Shown here in pieces: positions 10,220 through 19,177 of a stretch of DNA of 64,000 nucleotides. Within the stretch, counting starts at the first letter, position 1; each line of letters opens with the position of its first letter. Origin of the DNA: Candidatus Spongiihabitans sp. (GTDB taxonomy: Bacteria; Pseudomonadota; Gammaproteobacteria; Arenicellales; Poriferihabitantaceae); the NCBI GenBank assembly GCA_965206355.1, contig OZ242212.1, positions 2,014,814-2,078,813 of the forward strand. The letters run 5' to 3'. Both the position numbers and the translations under genes were made by a program. The notes under the pieces are model-generated. The model had not been told where the DNA came from. It saw only the letters and a list, made by a program, of their open reading frames with translations, and did no database searches.

Positions 10220-11881
10220 ATGGCGCAATACGTTTTCACCATGAATGGCGTGGGCAAAGTCGTCCCGCCGAATCGACAGATACTGAAAGATATTTATCTG
10301 AACTTTTTCCCCGGTGCAAAAATCGGTGTACTGGGCTATAACGGCGGCGGCAAATCGACACTACTCAAAATCATGGCTGGCATTGACACTAATATCATCG
10401 GCGAAGCGCGACCGCGAGCCGATGTGCGCATTGGCTATCTGGCGCAAGAACCCGAATTAGATGAATCCAAAGATGTTCGCGGTAATGTTGAAGAAGGCAT
10501 GGCAGACATTAACCGTGCTAAACAACAACTGGAAGCAGTGTATGCCGCTTATGCGGAGGCCGATGCTGATTTTGATGCACTGGCAAAGCAACAGGCACAT
10601 TTGGAAGACATTGTGCAGGCGGCAGACGCGCACAACCTTGAGCATAAATTTGAAATTGCCGCTGATGCGTTGCGGTTACCGCCCTGGGATACGCCTATCA
10701 AAACACTTTCGGGTGGTGAAAGACGACGGGTCGCACTCTGCCGATTGCTGTTATCCAATCCGGATATGTTGATTCTGGATGAACCAACCAACCACCTTGA
10801 TGCCGAATCCATCGCCTGGCTGGAGAGATTTTTGCTTGAATTTGAGGGTACCGTAGTTGCGGTTACCCATGATCGTTATTTTCTTGACAATGTTGCCGGC
10901 TGGATTCTTGAACTTGACCGTGGTGCAGGCATCCCTTGGGAAGGCAATTATTCTTCATGGCTTGAACAAAAAGAAACCCGACTAGCGCAGGAACAAAAGA
11001 GCGAGCAGGCTCGAATTAAAAGCATCAAAAACGAGCTGGAATGGGTTCGTTCCAACCCTAAAGGACGACACGCCAAAAGCAAGGCGCGTATTAAACGCTT
11101 CGAGGAAATTTGCTCAAGCGACTACCAAAAACGCGCTGAAACGAATGAAATTTATATTCCACCAGGACCACGCCTCGGCGATCTGGTCATTGAAGCCAAG
11201 CAGATTTCTAAATCTTTCGGCGACAACCTGCTGTATGAAAACTTGAGTTTCAGCCTACCCAAAGGTGGCATAGTCGGCATTATCGGTGCTAATGGTGCGG
11301 GCAAGACAACGCTCTTTCGTATGATGACGCAACAGCAACAACCGACATCGGGAGAGTTTCGGGTTGGCGAGACGGTCAAAGTTGCCTATGTTGATCAATC
11401 ACGAGATACGTTGGATGCCAATAAAAGTGTTTTTGAAGAGGTCTCCAACGGTCTGGATTTGATGCTAGTCAACGGTCACCAAGTACAATCGCGGCGTTAC
11501 CTCGGTCGTTTTAATTTCAAAAGTACCGACCAGCAAAAAAAGGTGGGGACTTTATCTGGTGGTGAACGTAATCGCGTACATTTAGCCAAAGTCCTCGCCA
11601 GTGGTGGTAATTTACTGCTACTTGATGAACCGACTAATGATCTGGATGTAGAAACGCTGCGCGCATTGGAAGAAGCCATCTTGAATTATCCGGGTTGTGT
11701 CGCTGTTATTGCTCACGACCGCTGGTTTCTGGACAGAATCGCAACCCACATCCTCGCTTTTGAAGGTCATTCTCAAGTTACTTGGTTTGACGGAAATTAT
11801 AGCGACTACGCCGAAGACTACAAACGCCGCCACGGCGGCACCATCAAGCCGCAGCGGATGCGTTATAAGCGATTAAAGTAA
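10220..11881 (+). CDS. ettA: energy-dependent translational throttle protein EttA (ABC-F ATPase)
   Basis: 553-aa ORF with two ABC cassettes (GYNGGGKST / LSGGERRRV; GANGAGKTT / LSGGERNRV) and N-terminus MAQYVFTMNGVGKVVPP, typical of EttA/YjjK. Confidence 0.9.
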   Translation: MAQYVFTMNGVGKVVPPNRQILKDIYLNFFPGAKIGVLGYNGGGKSTLLKIMAGIDTNIIGEARPRADVRIGYLAQEPELDESKDVRGNVEEGMADINRAKQQLEAVYAAYAEADADFDALAKQQAHLEDIVQAADAHNLEHKFEIAADALRLPPWDTPIKTLSGGERRRVALCRLLLSNPDMLILDEPTNHLDAESIAWLERFLLEFEGTVVAVTHDRYFLDNVAGWILELDRGAGIPWEGNYSSWLEQKETRLAQEQKSEQARIKSIKNELEWVRSNPKGRHAKSKARIKRFEEICSSDYQKRAETNEIYIPPGPRLGDLVIEAKQISKSFGDNLLYENLSFSLPKGGIVGIIGANGAGKTTLFRMMTQQQQPTSGEFRVGETVKVAYVDQSRDTLDANKSVFEEVSNGLDLMLVNGHQVQSRRYLGRFNFKSTDQQKKVGTLSGGERNRVHLAKVLASGGNLLLLDEPTNDLDVETLRALEEAILNYPGCVAVIAHDRWFLDRIATHILAFEGHSQVTWFDGNYSDYAEDYKRRHGGTIKPQRMRYKRLK

Positions 11882-11884
11882 ATT

Positions 11885-11964
11885 GAGACTTTTGCACGAA
11901 AGCCATTTCACCTGCATGTTGCGTTAAAATCGTACTCAATCGGTCATTTATAAGCATAAACTCC
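11885..11964 (+). mobile_element. MITE copy 2 (truncated, left half only)
   Basis: GAGACTTTTGCACGAAAGCCATTTCACCTGCATG... matches the first ~80 bp of the family. Homology stops after TTCCGT. Starts 4 nt after the ettA stop. Confidence 0.7.
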
Positions 11965-11999
11965 CTAATTCCGTAATTCGAATGAATACCAACCACCAG

Positions 12000-12383
12000 C
12001 TATGGCTGGTCAATGCGTTGTATGGTTATGGGTTTTCGATTTTTGTCTATGCAGACATAGGTATATGTTGCCTCGGTTACCTTCATATCCTGTTGCGGCG
12101 ATCGCTTGCGTCTAACCCAAGTTTCGATGTGTATGGAAATTGAGCTCGTGCCAATGTGTGTGGTTTTGCAAAAACAACTCACCTGATCACCGACAAACAC
12201 GGGCAGGTGGAAGGTCATACCTTCTACTGCCACAGTAACAATTCGCTCCTTGACGATATAGCTGGTATGGATTGCGCCGGCCAAATCCATTTGCGCCATA
12301 ATCCATCCGCCAAAAATATCACCGCTCGGATTCGCATCCGCTGGCATGGCGATGGTACGCAATGATGGAAACTGTTCGTTCAC
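12000..12383 (-). CDS. yciA: acyl-CoA thioesterase (YciA-like hotdog fold)
   Basis: 127-aa ORF with MPADANPSGDIFGGWIMAQMDLAG, characteristic of YciA-type thioesterases. Confidence 0.8.
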   Translation of the reverse strand: MNEQFPSLRTIAMPADANPSGDIFGGWIMAQMDLAGAIHTSYIVKERIVTVAVEGMTFHLPVFVGDQVSCFCKTTHIGTSSISIHIETWVRRKRSPQQDMKVTEATYTYVCIDKNRKPITIQRIDQP

Positions 12384-12437
12384 AAGCTCGGCTTGTACAG
12401 GCGGGTTGTTGTCATTTGCTCGATATGGCGCATTACG

Positions 12438-13079
12438 TTAGATTATCGGATTGAAATAGTGTCGCCCGGATGAAATGGCAGCTATTTCCTGTAACAACAG
12501 CTCAAAGTATTCCTCATTATGCAGAAAACTTAGACTTTCCGCATTGACCATCAACAGTGCCGAATTGCGGTATGACAGAAAATATCTGGCATATGATTCG
12601 GTTAACTGATCCAAATAATCACGCTCCATATTGCGTTCAAATAACACCCCTCTTCTGCGTATCCGACTAATCAACACATCAGTCGGTGCTTGTAAATAAA
12701 CCACTAAGTCCGGATCAGGAACCTCTGGCGAGAGTTGTCGGTAAACTTGATCGTACAGGTATAATTCGTCTTCATCCAGCGTGATATGTGCAAACAAGGG
12801 ATCCTTATCCAACATAAAATCAGCAATCCGTAGCGGTGTGAATAAATCTCCCTGACGTAACTCTTTTAATTGATGTACCCGTTGGAAAAGGAAATATAAC
12901 TGGGTTTGTAGCGCATACTGTTCTGGAAATTTATAAAATCGTTCCAGAAACGGATTCTCAGCAGGTTGTTCCAGCATCACAGTGCCACCCAGGGACGATG
13001 CGATTTTTCTGGCAAGGGTTGTCTTCCCTACTCCAATCGGCCCCTCTATAACAATGTATTTCTTGTTTATTTTTTTCAC
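12438..13079 (-). CDS. deoxynucleoside kinase
   Basis: 213-aa ORF with P-loop IVIEGPIGVGKTTLA and an ISRIRRRGVLFE (LID-like) motif. Confidence 0.75.
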   Translation of the reverse strand: MKKINKKYIVIEGPIGVGKTTLARKIASSLGGTVMLEQPAENPFLERFYKFPEQYALQTQLYFLFQRVHQLKELRQGDLFTPLRIADFMLDKDPLFAHITLDEDELYLYDQVYRQLSPEVPDPDLVVYLQAPTDVLISRIRRRGVLFERNMERDYLDQLTESYARYFLSYRNSALLMVNAESLSFLHNEEYFELLLQEIAAISSGRHYFNPII

Positions 13080-13261
13080 CTTGTTGTTTATATTGTCTGG
13101 TAATCGTTGCGGATCACCATAGTAACCCGAACAAAACTATAATCGGCACAAAAAGAGTTGCCAACATTGCGGAAAACCCCCTGATTATTATAGATGTTCC
13201 CTTAATTTTTTCTGTCAATCCGATATACTCCTGCAGATACCACAACCAACATACCACGATT

Positions 13262-13831
13262 ATGAAGCTTCTGTTTGACCTGTTTCCCCTGCTGATATTT
13301 TTTAGCGCATTCAAATTTTACGATATTTATGTCGCCACTGCGGCAACAATTATTGCCACATTCATCCAAGTTACCATATTCTGGATCAAAAATCGCTGCT
13401 TTGAATCGATGCACATCATGACGCTGGTAATTATCACCTTTTTTGGTGGTTTAACCATACTTTTACAAGATGATATATTTATAAAATGGAAACCTACTGT
13501 TATCAATTGGCTGTTTTCCGCTATCATTATCGGGATGTTGCTGTTTACCAGAAAATCTGCTTTGGAATACATCATGGGCAAGCAAATCACTTTGCCCGAT
13601 GCGATCTGGAAAAACCTGAACCGTGCCTGGGCAGGGTTCTTTCTGGTATTAGGCTTTCTTAATCTGTATATTGCATTTTACTACAATTTAGATGCCGAGC
13701 CAGCACACCGTACCGCAACATGGGTAAACTTCAAGGTATTCGGATTGCTCGGGCTGACGCTGATTTTTGCCCTTGGGCAGATGCTTTTTCTCGCCAAACA
13801 TATAAAAATGAAGAGCAGTGAGGATAACTAA
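13262..13831 (+). CDS. yciB: intracellular septation protein A (YciB)
   Basis: 189-aa polytopic membrane ORF starting [23 protein letters not shown]; sits in yciA/yciB/yciI neighbourhood. Confidence 0.85.
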   Translation: MKLLFDLFPLLIFFSAFKFYDIYVATAATIIATFIQVTIFWIKNRCFESMHIMTLVIITFFGGLTILLQDDIFIKWKPTVINWLFSAIIIGMLLFTRKSALEYIMGKQITLPDAIWKNLNRAWAGFFLVLGFLNLYIAFYYNLDAEPAHRTATWVNFKVFGLLGLTLIFALGQMLFLAKHIKMKSSEDN

Positions 13832-14130
13832 TGTATTACAGCATTTACGCAACCGATGTCACAAATAGTCTGGAAAATCGCCTCAAAACGCGCATCGCCC
13901 ATATTGAACGCTTAAAAGAATTAGTCAATCAGGGGCGATTACTGGTTGCCGGACCCAGTCCCGCGATTGATAGTGAAGAGCCGGGAGCCGCCGGCTTTAG
14001 CGGCAGTGTAATCATCGCCGAATTTGATTCATTAGAAGCCGCCCAAAGCTGGGCAGAAACCGACCCATATTGGGCTGCGGGTGTTTATGAAAGCGTGGAA
14101 GTAAAACCCTATAAAAAAGTGCTACCTTGA
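13831..14130 (+). CDS. yciI: YciI family protein
   Basis: 99-aa ORF with [22 protein letters not shown] and DPYWAAGVY motifs; its start overlaps the yciB stop (ATG within TAATG). Confidence 0.8.
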   Translation: MYYSIYATDVTNSLENRLKTRIAHIERLKELVNQGRLLVAGPSPAIDSEEPGAAGFSGSVIIAEFDSLEAAQSWAETDPYWAAGVYESVEVKPYKKVLP

Positions 14131-14183
14131 GATTTAGCTTGTTTTGATTGCCACAAGGGTGAATAATTAAACATTCATAATTC

Positions 14184-14345
14184 GAGACCTTTGCACGAAA
14201 GCCATTTCACCTGCATGCTGCGTCGCCTAAAAGCGCCTACTGTTGGTAAAATCGTACTCAATCGGTCATTTATAAGCATAAACTCCCTCATTCCGTGCGT
14301 TTTTGCCTGGCCTGAAAGCGAAATCATCTTCCGTGCAAAGATCTC
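14184..14345 (+). mobile_element. MITE copy 3 (162 bp, long variant)
   Basis: Same termini as the other copies, plus a 23-bp internal insert CGCCTAAAAGCGCCTACTGTTGG. 5-bp duplication AATTC (14179-14183 and 14346-14350). Confidence 0.85.
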
Positions 14346-14514
14346 AATTCGTAATTACTCTCCCCTCTGTCGCTATTTTTTCTTCCTGACTTCGCGGTCT
14401 ACTGTTTCTAAATCGCTGACGGCCCAGTAAATACAGGAGTCTTTTGTTGAGATCGGTTTGCAATGCCTAGGTATTCTTTCTTTCCTTTATAAATCAATAG
14501 GTTAGACAACGAGT

Positions 14515-17500
14515 TTAGAGCCGGATGATGCCTTTCAGCAGGATGGCGTGCTCGGCACCGCCAGCGCTTTCGCTACGCTCGCCCACCAAGTTCAGATCGA
14601 ACAACGAATCTACCCCCCAATTCATCCCCAAACGGTAACGCTGGGCGGAGTTACTGGAGGTCATCTCGGCGTAAGGTGCCAGCAGCCCATGCCCGCCAGG
14701 TGCAGTCAGCCCGTAGCCGAGGCGCGTCTCCATCCGCATATCGTTATCCTGCTCGTCACTGATCTCTTCGAACAAGCCATCCTGCCACAGGGTTTGCGTG
14801 CCGCTGGCAGCGTTGCCGTAGACCGGACTCATACTGAACGATAGCCCTCGCCCGTCGCTACCCGTCTGTAGAAGTATTCGCCCAGAAACACCCCATTCCT
14901 GATAATCGGCCCGACCCAGCAGGGTGCGCACATTGCCTTCCACATTTAGCCCAACCGCAGGGTCGGCGTAGCACCAACCGGTCCCTAGCTCAAACCCGAA
15001 ACCAGTATCGCCGCCGCCGTCATAGCGCGCACCAGCCTCGAAACTCTGCTCCAGGTACGCCTCGCCAGACAACATCTGCCTGTGAGACCCTTCCAGAGCC
15101 ATCCGCAACAAGCTGGAATCCGTCTTCAGCGCCGCTATGCGACCGTTGCCCTTGACTTCCGAGTCGCTCAGCACACCTGAACCCTTTAGCCGGAAGATGG
15201 TCGTGCCCGGTAACTGATAATTGCCGCCTGCGCCCAGCATGCGCGTCTCGACATCGCTGGATGCTCGACCTTGTCCATCGGTGATTTCCAGATCGCCTTG
15301 ACCGAAACCAGCGGTAGCCCACAGGTCCAGCCCGGACAGCGTCTCCCAACTCGCGTAAGGATGGAGGGTGGTGATCTCCAACTGGTGCTCGCCGTGACCA
15401 GAGTCGCCTCGGTAATCAATATCGCTCTCGCTCCAGGAGGCCGCCACACCAATCAGCAGATCATCACGGAGTTTGCCATCTACGCCCAGCTGGGCACTGA
15501 ATAAATCGCCATCGAAATCCACGCCATTGCCGGAACCCTCGAAATCACGGTAGTCACCACCGCCCCAGAAGGTCAGGGAGGAGCCGCCGATGCCGCCGCT
15601 TGTGCCGCCGCCGCCAGTGCCATCCACAGCGTTCAAGGGCAAGGCGAAGCCGGAATTGCCGAGCATGGCCTTCACGTCCAACGTGCCATCAACTATGCCT
15701 TGTCCGTGCGCGGTTGCCACCCCAGCCAAGCTGGACTGCCCAGCGAAGGTGAGCGACTGGTTCGCACCAGTCCGGACTTGATCCATGCGCTGGGTTATCG
15801 CATCCACCGTCTGGTTGGTCAGGGCGCGCGCCACTTCCGGCAGAATCGTGTTGTTGAGATCGGTGAAGGCCTGTGTTTTGCTGGTGGTGATGGTAACGGT
15901 ATCCGCTACCGAGTCACTCACGCCATCGTTCACGGTCAAGGAGAACACCAGCACCACATTGGTCAGCAGATTGGCAGGTGCAGTGAAGGTCGGTGCGAAG
16001 GTGTCCGCGCCGGTCAGGGTCACTGTTGGTGTGCCGACCTGCCTCCAGGCGCAGATCAAAGCGCTGTTATCACCATCCGGATCGTCACTTCGACTGCCGT
16101 CCAGGGTGACGCTCGCGCCCTCGGCGACGGTCTGGTCAAGACCGGCATCGGCGGTGGGCGCGTCATTGGCCTGATTAACGCTCACGGTTGCCGTGGCCGT
16201 GACACTAAAATCAGTGCCGTCGGAGACGCTGAAGGTGAAGGTCGCATCGCCGTTGACATTGAGCGCCGGGGTATAGACCAGATTCGGAATACCGGCAACG
16301 GGAATCACTTGCCTCGCGGTAACCGCTGTGCCGTTCAGTGCCAGGCTGCCGCTGGTGCTGGCGGGTAGGGTATCGATACGCACTGCTTGCAGGCTGCCGC
16401 TAGCGCCCCCATTCCTAAAGGTGAAGTCCGCCTCCTTAAAGGTATAGGCGGTATCCTCAAGCGTCGTGACCGTCAGATCGCGGGTGGTGGGGGTACCCGT
16501 AGCAACGATGTTCAGGGTGGCCGTAGCGGGCGCGGCACTGAAGTCAGTGCCGTCAAAGACGCTGTAGGTAAAGGTATCTACTGTGCCAGCGGAATTCATG
16601 GCCGGGTGATAGAACAGGATGCCGAGCAGGTTAACGGGAAGCACTTGCCCCGCGATCACTGGTGTGTTGTTCAGGGATAGTAAACCGGCAGCGGGCAGGC
16701 TATCAATGCGCAGGCTGTGTAGCGTGGCACCGTCCGCATCGGCAAAGTTAAACTCGGCCACCCCCAAGTTATGGGCGGTACCCTCGAAGACTGTGACCGC
16801 CAACCCACTCGAGGTCGGCGGGCTATCCGTAGTAACGATGTTCAGGGTGCCCATAGCGGGCGCGACACTGAAGTCAGTGCCGTCGGAGACGCTGTAGGTA
16901 AAGGTCGCTGTGCCAGTGGTATCGGCCGCCGGGGTATAGACCAGAGTCGGAATATCGGCAACGGCAATCACTTGGGCCACGGTGACCGGCGCACCGTTCA
17001 GGCGCAGGTCGCCCAGGTTGGCGGGGGCGGGCAGGCTATCGATGCGCACTTGTTGCAGGCTATCGCCGATGTCCACATCGTTAAAGTTGAAATCATCCGC
17101 CAGGTTAAAGCCGGGATTACCCGCCGCAAAGGTATAGGGGGTATTCTCGAAGACTGTGACCTCCAGCCCGCTGGTGGTGGGCGGGGTATTGGTCCTTCTC
17201 ACCACTGGTAGCCCTCCCAACGCTGCTAGAAGCAGATCCTCAGCGTTATTCTGAAGATCAGTAAATCTGATGTCCAGATAGATAGGACCGCCGACATTGT
17301 CCTCTGTCAGCGTGTAGGTAGTGGAGTTCGCATTCGCGATCGGCGTCAGCCCTAATGCAAGCCACTGGTAGCTAAAGGCGGACGCATCGGTGGGCAGACC
17401 ATCAGCATCTTCTATGGTAGATATATCCGCCGTCAGGGTCGCGCCCACGCGCCTATCATCACCAATGACCGCGCCACCCGTGGCCTTGGTATTCTGCGCC

Positions 17501-17691
17501 ATGGCCTCGGTTGTCGAGAACAGCGATACCAGCAGAACCGTCAGCAGGCAACACCAGAACGGTCCTGAGTGTCCCTGAGAGTGGCCTTGTGGCCCAAAAA
17601 TCGGGGGGGGGGGGGGGGGGGGGGGGGTACTGGTGTGCCTGGTTTTGACGGGCTTATGGATGGTTGTACTCATGGCTGTATATGTGTGCAT
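14515..17691 (-). CDS. autotransporter-type outer-membrane adhesin (four cadherin-like ~110-aa repeats, a PKD-like domain and a C-terminal beta-barrel)
   Basis: 1058-aa ORF with signal-like segment FWCCLLTVLLVSLFSTTEAMA|Q. Four repeats of the pattern V.E.T.Y.F...F.F.D....L..VRIDSLP..G.L.LNG..V...Q.I....I..LVYTP...G...F.YSV.DG.DFS. The PKD-like block reads ANDAPTADAGLDQTVAEGASVTLDGSRSDDPDGD. A Gly/aromatic-rich C-terminal ~450 aa is typical of autotransporter barrels. The gene is visibly more GC-rich than its neighbours. Confidence 0.7.
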   Translation of the reverse strand: MHTYTAMSTTIHKPVKTRHTSTPPPPPPPPIFGPQGHSQGHSGPFWCCLLTVLLVSLFSTTEAMAQNTKATGGAVIGDDRRVGATLTADISTIEDADGLPTDASAFSYQWLALGLTPIANANSTTYTLTEDNVGGPIYLDIRFTDLQNNAEDLLLAALGGLPVVRRTNTPPTTSGLEVTVFENTPYTFAAGNPGFNLADDFNFNDVDIGDSLQQVRIDSLPAPANLGDLRLNGAPVTVAQVIAVADIPTLVYTPAADTTGTATFTYSVSDGTDFSVAPAMGTLNIVTTDSPPTSSGLAVTVFEGTAHNLGVAEFNFADADGATLHSLRIDSLPAAGLLSLNNTPVIAGQVLPVNLLGILFYHPAMNSAGTVDTFTYSVFDGTDFSAAPATATLNIVATGTPTTRDLTVTTLEDTAYTFKEADFTFRNGGASGSLQAVRIDTLPASTSGSLALNGTAVTARQVIPVAGIPNLVYTPALNVNGDATFTFSVSDGTDFSVTATATVSVNQANDAPTADAGLDQTVAEGASVTLDGSRSDDPDGDNSALICAWRQVGTPTVTLTGADTFAPTFTAPANLLTNVVLVFSLTVNDGVSDSVADTVTITTSKTQAFTDLNNTILPEVARALTNQTVDAITQRMDQVRTGANQSLTFAGQSSLAGVATAHGQGIVDGTLDVKAMLGNSGFALPLNAVDGTGGGGTSGGIGGSSLTFWGGGDYRDFEGSGNGVDFDGDLFSAQLGVDGKLRDDLLIGVAASWSESDIDYRGDSGHGEHQLEITTLHPYASWETLSGLDLWATAGFGQGDLEITDGQGRASSDVETRMLGAGGNYQLPGTTIFRLKGSGVLSDSEVKGNGRIAALKTDSSLLRMALEGSHRQMLSGEAYLEQSFEAGARYDGGGDTGFGFELGTGWCYADPAVGLNVEGNVRTLLGRADYQEWGVSGRILLQTGSDGRGLSFSMSPVYGNAASGTQTLWQDGLFEEISDEQDNDMRMETRLGYGLTAPGGHGLLAPYAEMTSSNSAQRYRLGMNWGVDSLFDLNLVGERSESAGGAEHAILLKGIIRL
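17603..17627. repeat. 25-nt homopolymeric G tract (poly-C on the coding strand)
   Basis: Counted directly in the sequence. It lies 64 nt downstream of the autotransporter ATG and encodes the poly-proline run between the start codon and the signal-like segment. Confidence 0.9.
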
Positions 17692-17694
17692 AAT

Positions 17695-18483
17695 CTATTC
17701 CTCCTCGTGCTTGTGACTGTACTCATGTTTGTATTGATATTTGATGCTACTAGATATTGGACAAATTTTCAACTCCTCGCCAACGCCCTCAGCGGAACCC
17801 GACGTAACGACTGCCACCTGTTCGACAACCGCAGCACCAATACGTGATGCTTGCGCCGACAAATCAGCCGAATTAAGCGCATATTGAATATTAAGCATCT
17901 CGGTTTCGCTGGTGAGATGCGTTTGCGCATAATTACGCGCAAACTCGGTTGATCTTAACAACTCCGATTTATCAACCACCGTGGATAGGCGTACTTTTGC
18001 GCGGTCATGATCCAGAGCTTGTCCACCAATGCGGGCGGCGGCAAAGCCTGCTCCCAGAAGCCCTCAAAATCGTCCCTTTGATGCTCCTAAGCGTTTACTG
18101 GCGGCATCGCGTTTTTCTATTGCCCGCTTTCGGCGTTGTAGCTTTTTAAGAGAAGCAGAAAGCCGATCATGCTCTTTGATGACAGAACCGATCTCAATCC
18201 CATAGGCACGTGCCTCACGTTTAGCCTGTCGATATTTTTGTTCGACCACCTCAATACCTGCCGCCAATCGCTGGCTTGATCCGCCCACAGCGGCTTGCTT
18301 GGCTTTTAAGTCGGTGAGCGTCTTTTTATAATGAATAACCCCTTTAGCCGCCCTGAGCTTGACATCCGTTTTGGTGACGGTTTCGCCAATTTGTGCTATA
18401 TTCTTGTGAACAGCACCAACAATCTGTTTGAATTTACCACCCAGAGCGGCTCCGATGACAATACCCAGTGATAAAGTTTTCAT
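17695..18483 (-). pseudogene. phage tail tape-measure protein remnant (5' part only, in-frame TGA at 18064-18066)
   Basis: ORFs 18064..18483 and 17695..17979 are in the same frame and separated only by one TGA. The sequence is coiled-coil and Ala/Gly-rich (LGASKGRF*GLLGAGFAAARIGGQALDHDRAKVRLSTVVDKSELL) and follows gpE/E' as in P2-like phages. It stops after ~260 codons, directly against the autotransporter start. Confidence 0.55.
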
Positions 18484-18820
18484 AATTATCTACTACCTTT
18501 CCTGTTACGCTATCATGTTTTATTTTAGTGATAGAAGCCTTCACCTTGACTACCTCATTGTATTAGCCATCCCGGCCATCATCTTGTCCGTGGTGTTATT
18601 GCCCGTACTGTGGTTCATCTTGATGACTTATGTTGTCATCGTTCATGTTTTGGCAGATATGGTGCGTTTTATCAGGATTGTTTATGTTGCAATTTCTGGT
18701 AGGCTGACACGGCATCTGCCCAATCATTCAGATTCTTAAGCAACATCGGCATAAAGTCTGACAATGGCCACCCCGTCACACTCGCCACGGCCACAATCAA
18801 TAAGCGGATATCGGACGGGT

Positions 18821-19090
18821 TTAATCTAAAAAATCCTGATACTGTGCCTGCAGTCGTAAATAGTCTTTCATATGTAATTCCTCAATCAGTGCTGGGGGTT
18901 GCCCAGTCAATGCGGCAAACACGGCAACCTCCGCATCTGCGGCTGTCATAGCGACTGTTTGAGCGGGTAGCACATCTTTTACACGCGGCTCACGCATCTG
19001 CAAAGTAGTTATCTGCTCGCCCTCAAATGTAAACGGATGTGCCAACATCACGTCTTTCTTTGGGCTTTTATTCGGTATTGTTTTACTCAT
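18821..19090 (-). CDS. phage tail assembly chaperone (P2 gpE-like)
   Basis: 89-aa ORF matching the pattern L.HPFTFEGEQITTLQMREPRVKDV.....A..TGQPPALIEELHMKDYLRLQ of the E/41/14 tail chaperone family; followed by a tape-measure remnant. Confidence 0.65.
   Translation of the reverse strand: MSKTIPNKSPKKDVMLAHPFTFEGEQITTLQMREPRVKDVLPAQTVAMTAADAEVAVFAALTGQPPALIEELHMKDYLRLQAQYQDFLD
18827..18833 (-). promoter_or_regulatory. candidate -1 programmed frameshift site (TTTTTTA) giving a gpE+E' fusion
   Basis: The canonical slippery heptamer T TTT TTA sits just before the gpE stop. The -1 frame stays open for 51 more codons (RLNPSDIRLLIVAVASVTGWPLSDFMPMLLKNLNDWADAVSAYQKLQHKQS) to a TGA at 18672, giving a ~140-aa product like P2 E+E'. 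Confidence 0.5.
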
Positions 19091-19177
19091 CGTTATTCTC
19101 CTAAAAATTGTGGGTTAAATGATTTATAGTCCGGCATTAGTGCGCGTCCGCTTGCTAGACAAGCCACTACCTTTAGA

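Noticed and set aside
14191-14430. 79-aa ORF (MHESHFTCMLRRLKAPTVGKIVLNRSF...), with a related 103-aa ORF at 26641-26952
   Set aside because: Both are read-through of the stop-free frame of the MITE family into flanking DNA. The shared peptide is repeat-encoded, so neither is a real gene.
14548-17847. Many 60-220-aa plus-strand ORFs (for example 15700-16368, 16771-17211 and 17569-17847 with a poly-Gly run)
   Set aside because: They are antisense to the GC-rich autotransporter gene. Long stop-free antisense frames are expected at high GC, and the poly-Gly run is just the poly-G tract read on the other strand.
18064-18066. In-frame TGA in the tape-measure remnant as selenocysteine or programmed readthrough
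   Set aside because: The gene is a truncated fragment of a decayed prophage, and no SECIS-like hairpin is evident downstream. A pseudogene is the simpler reading.
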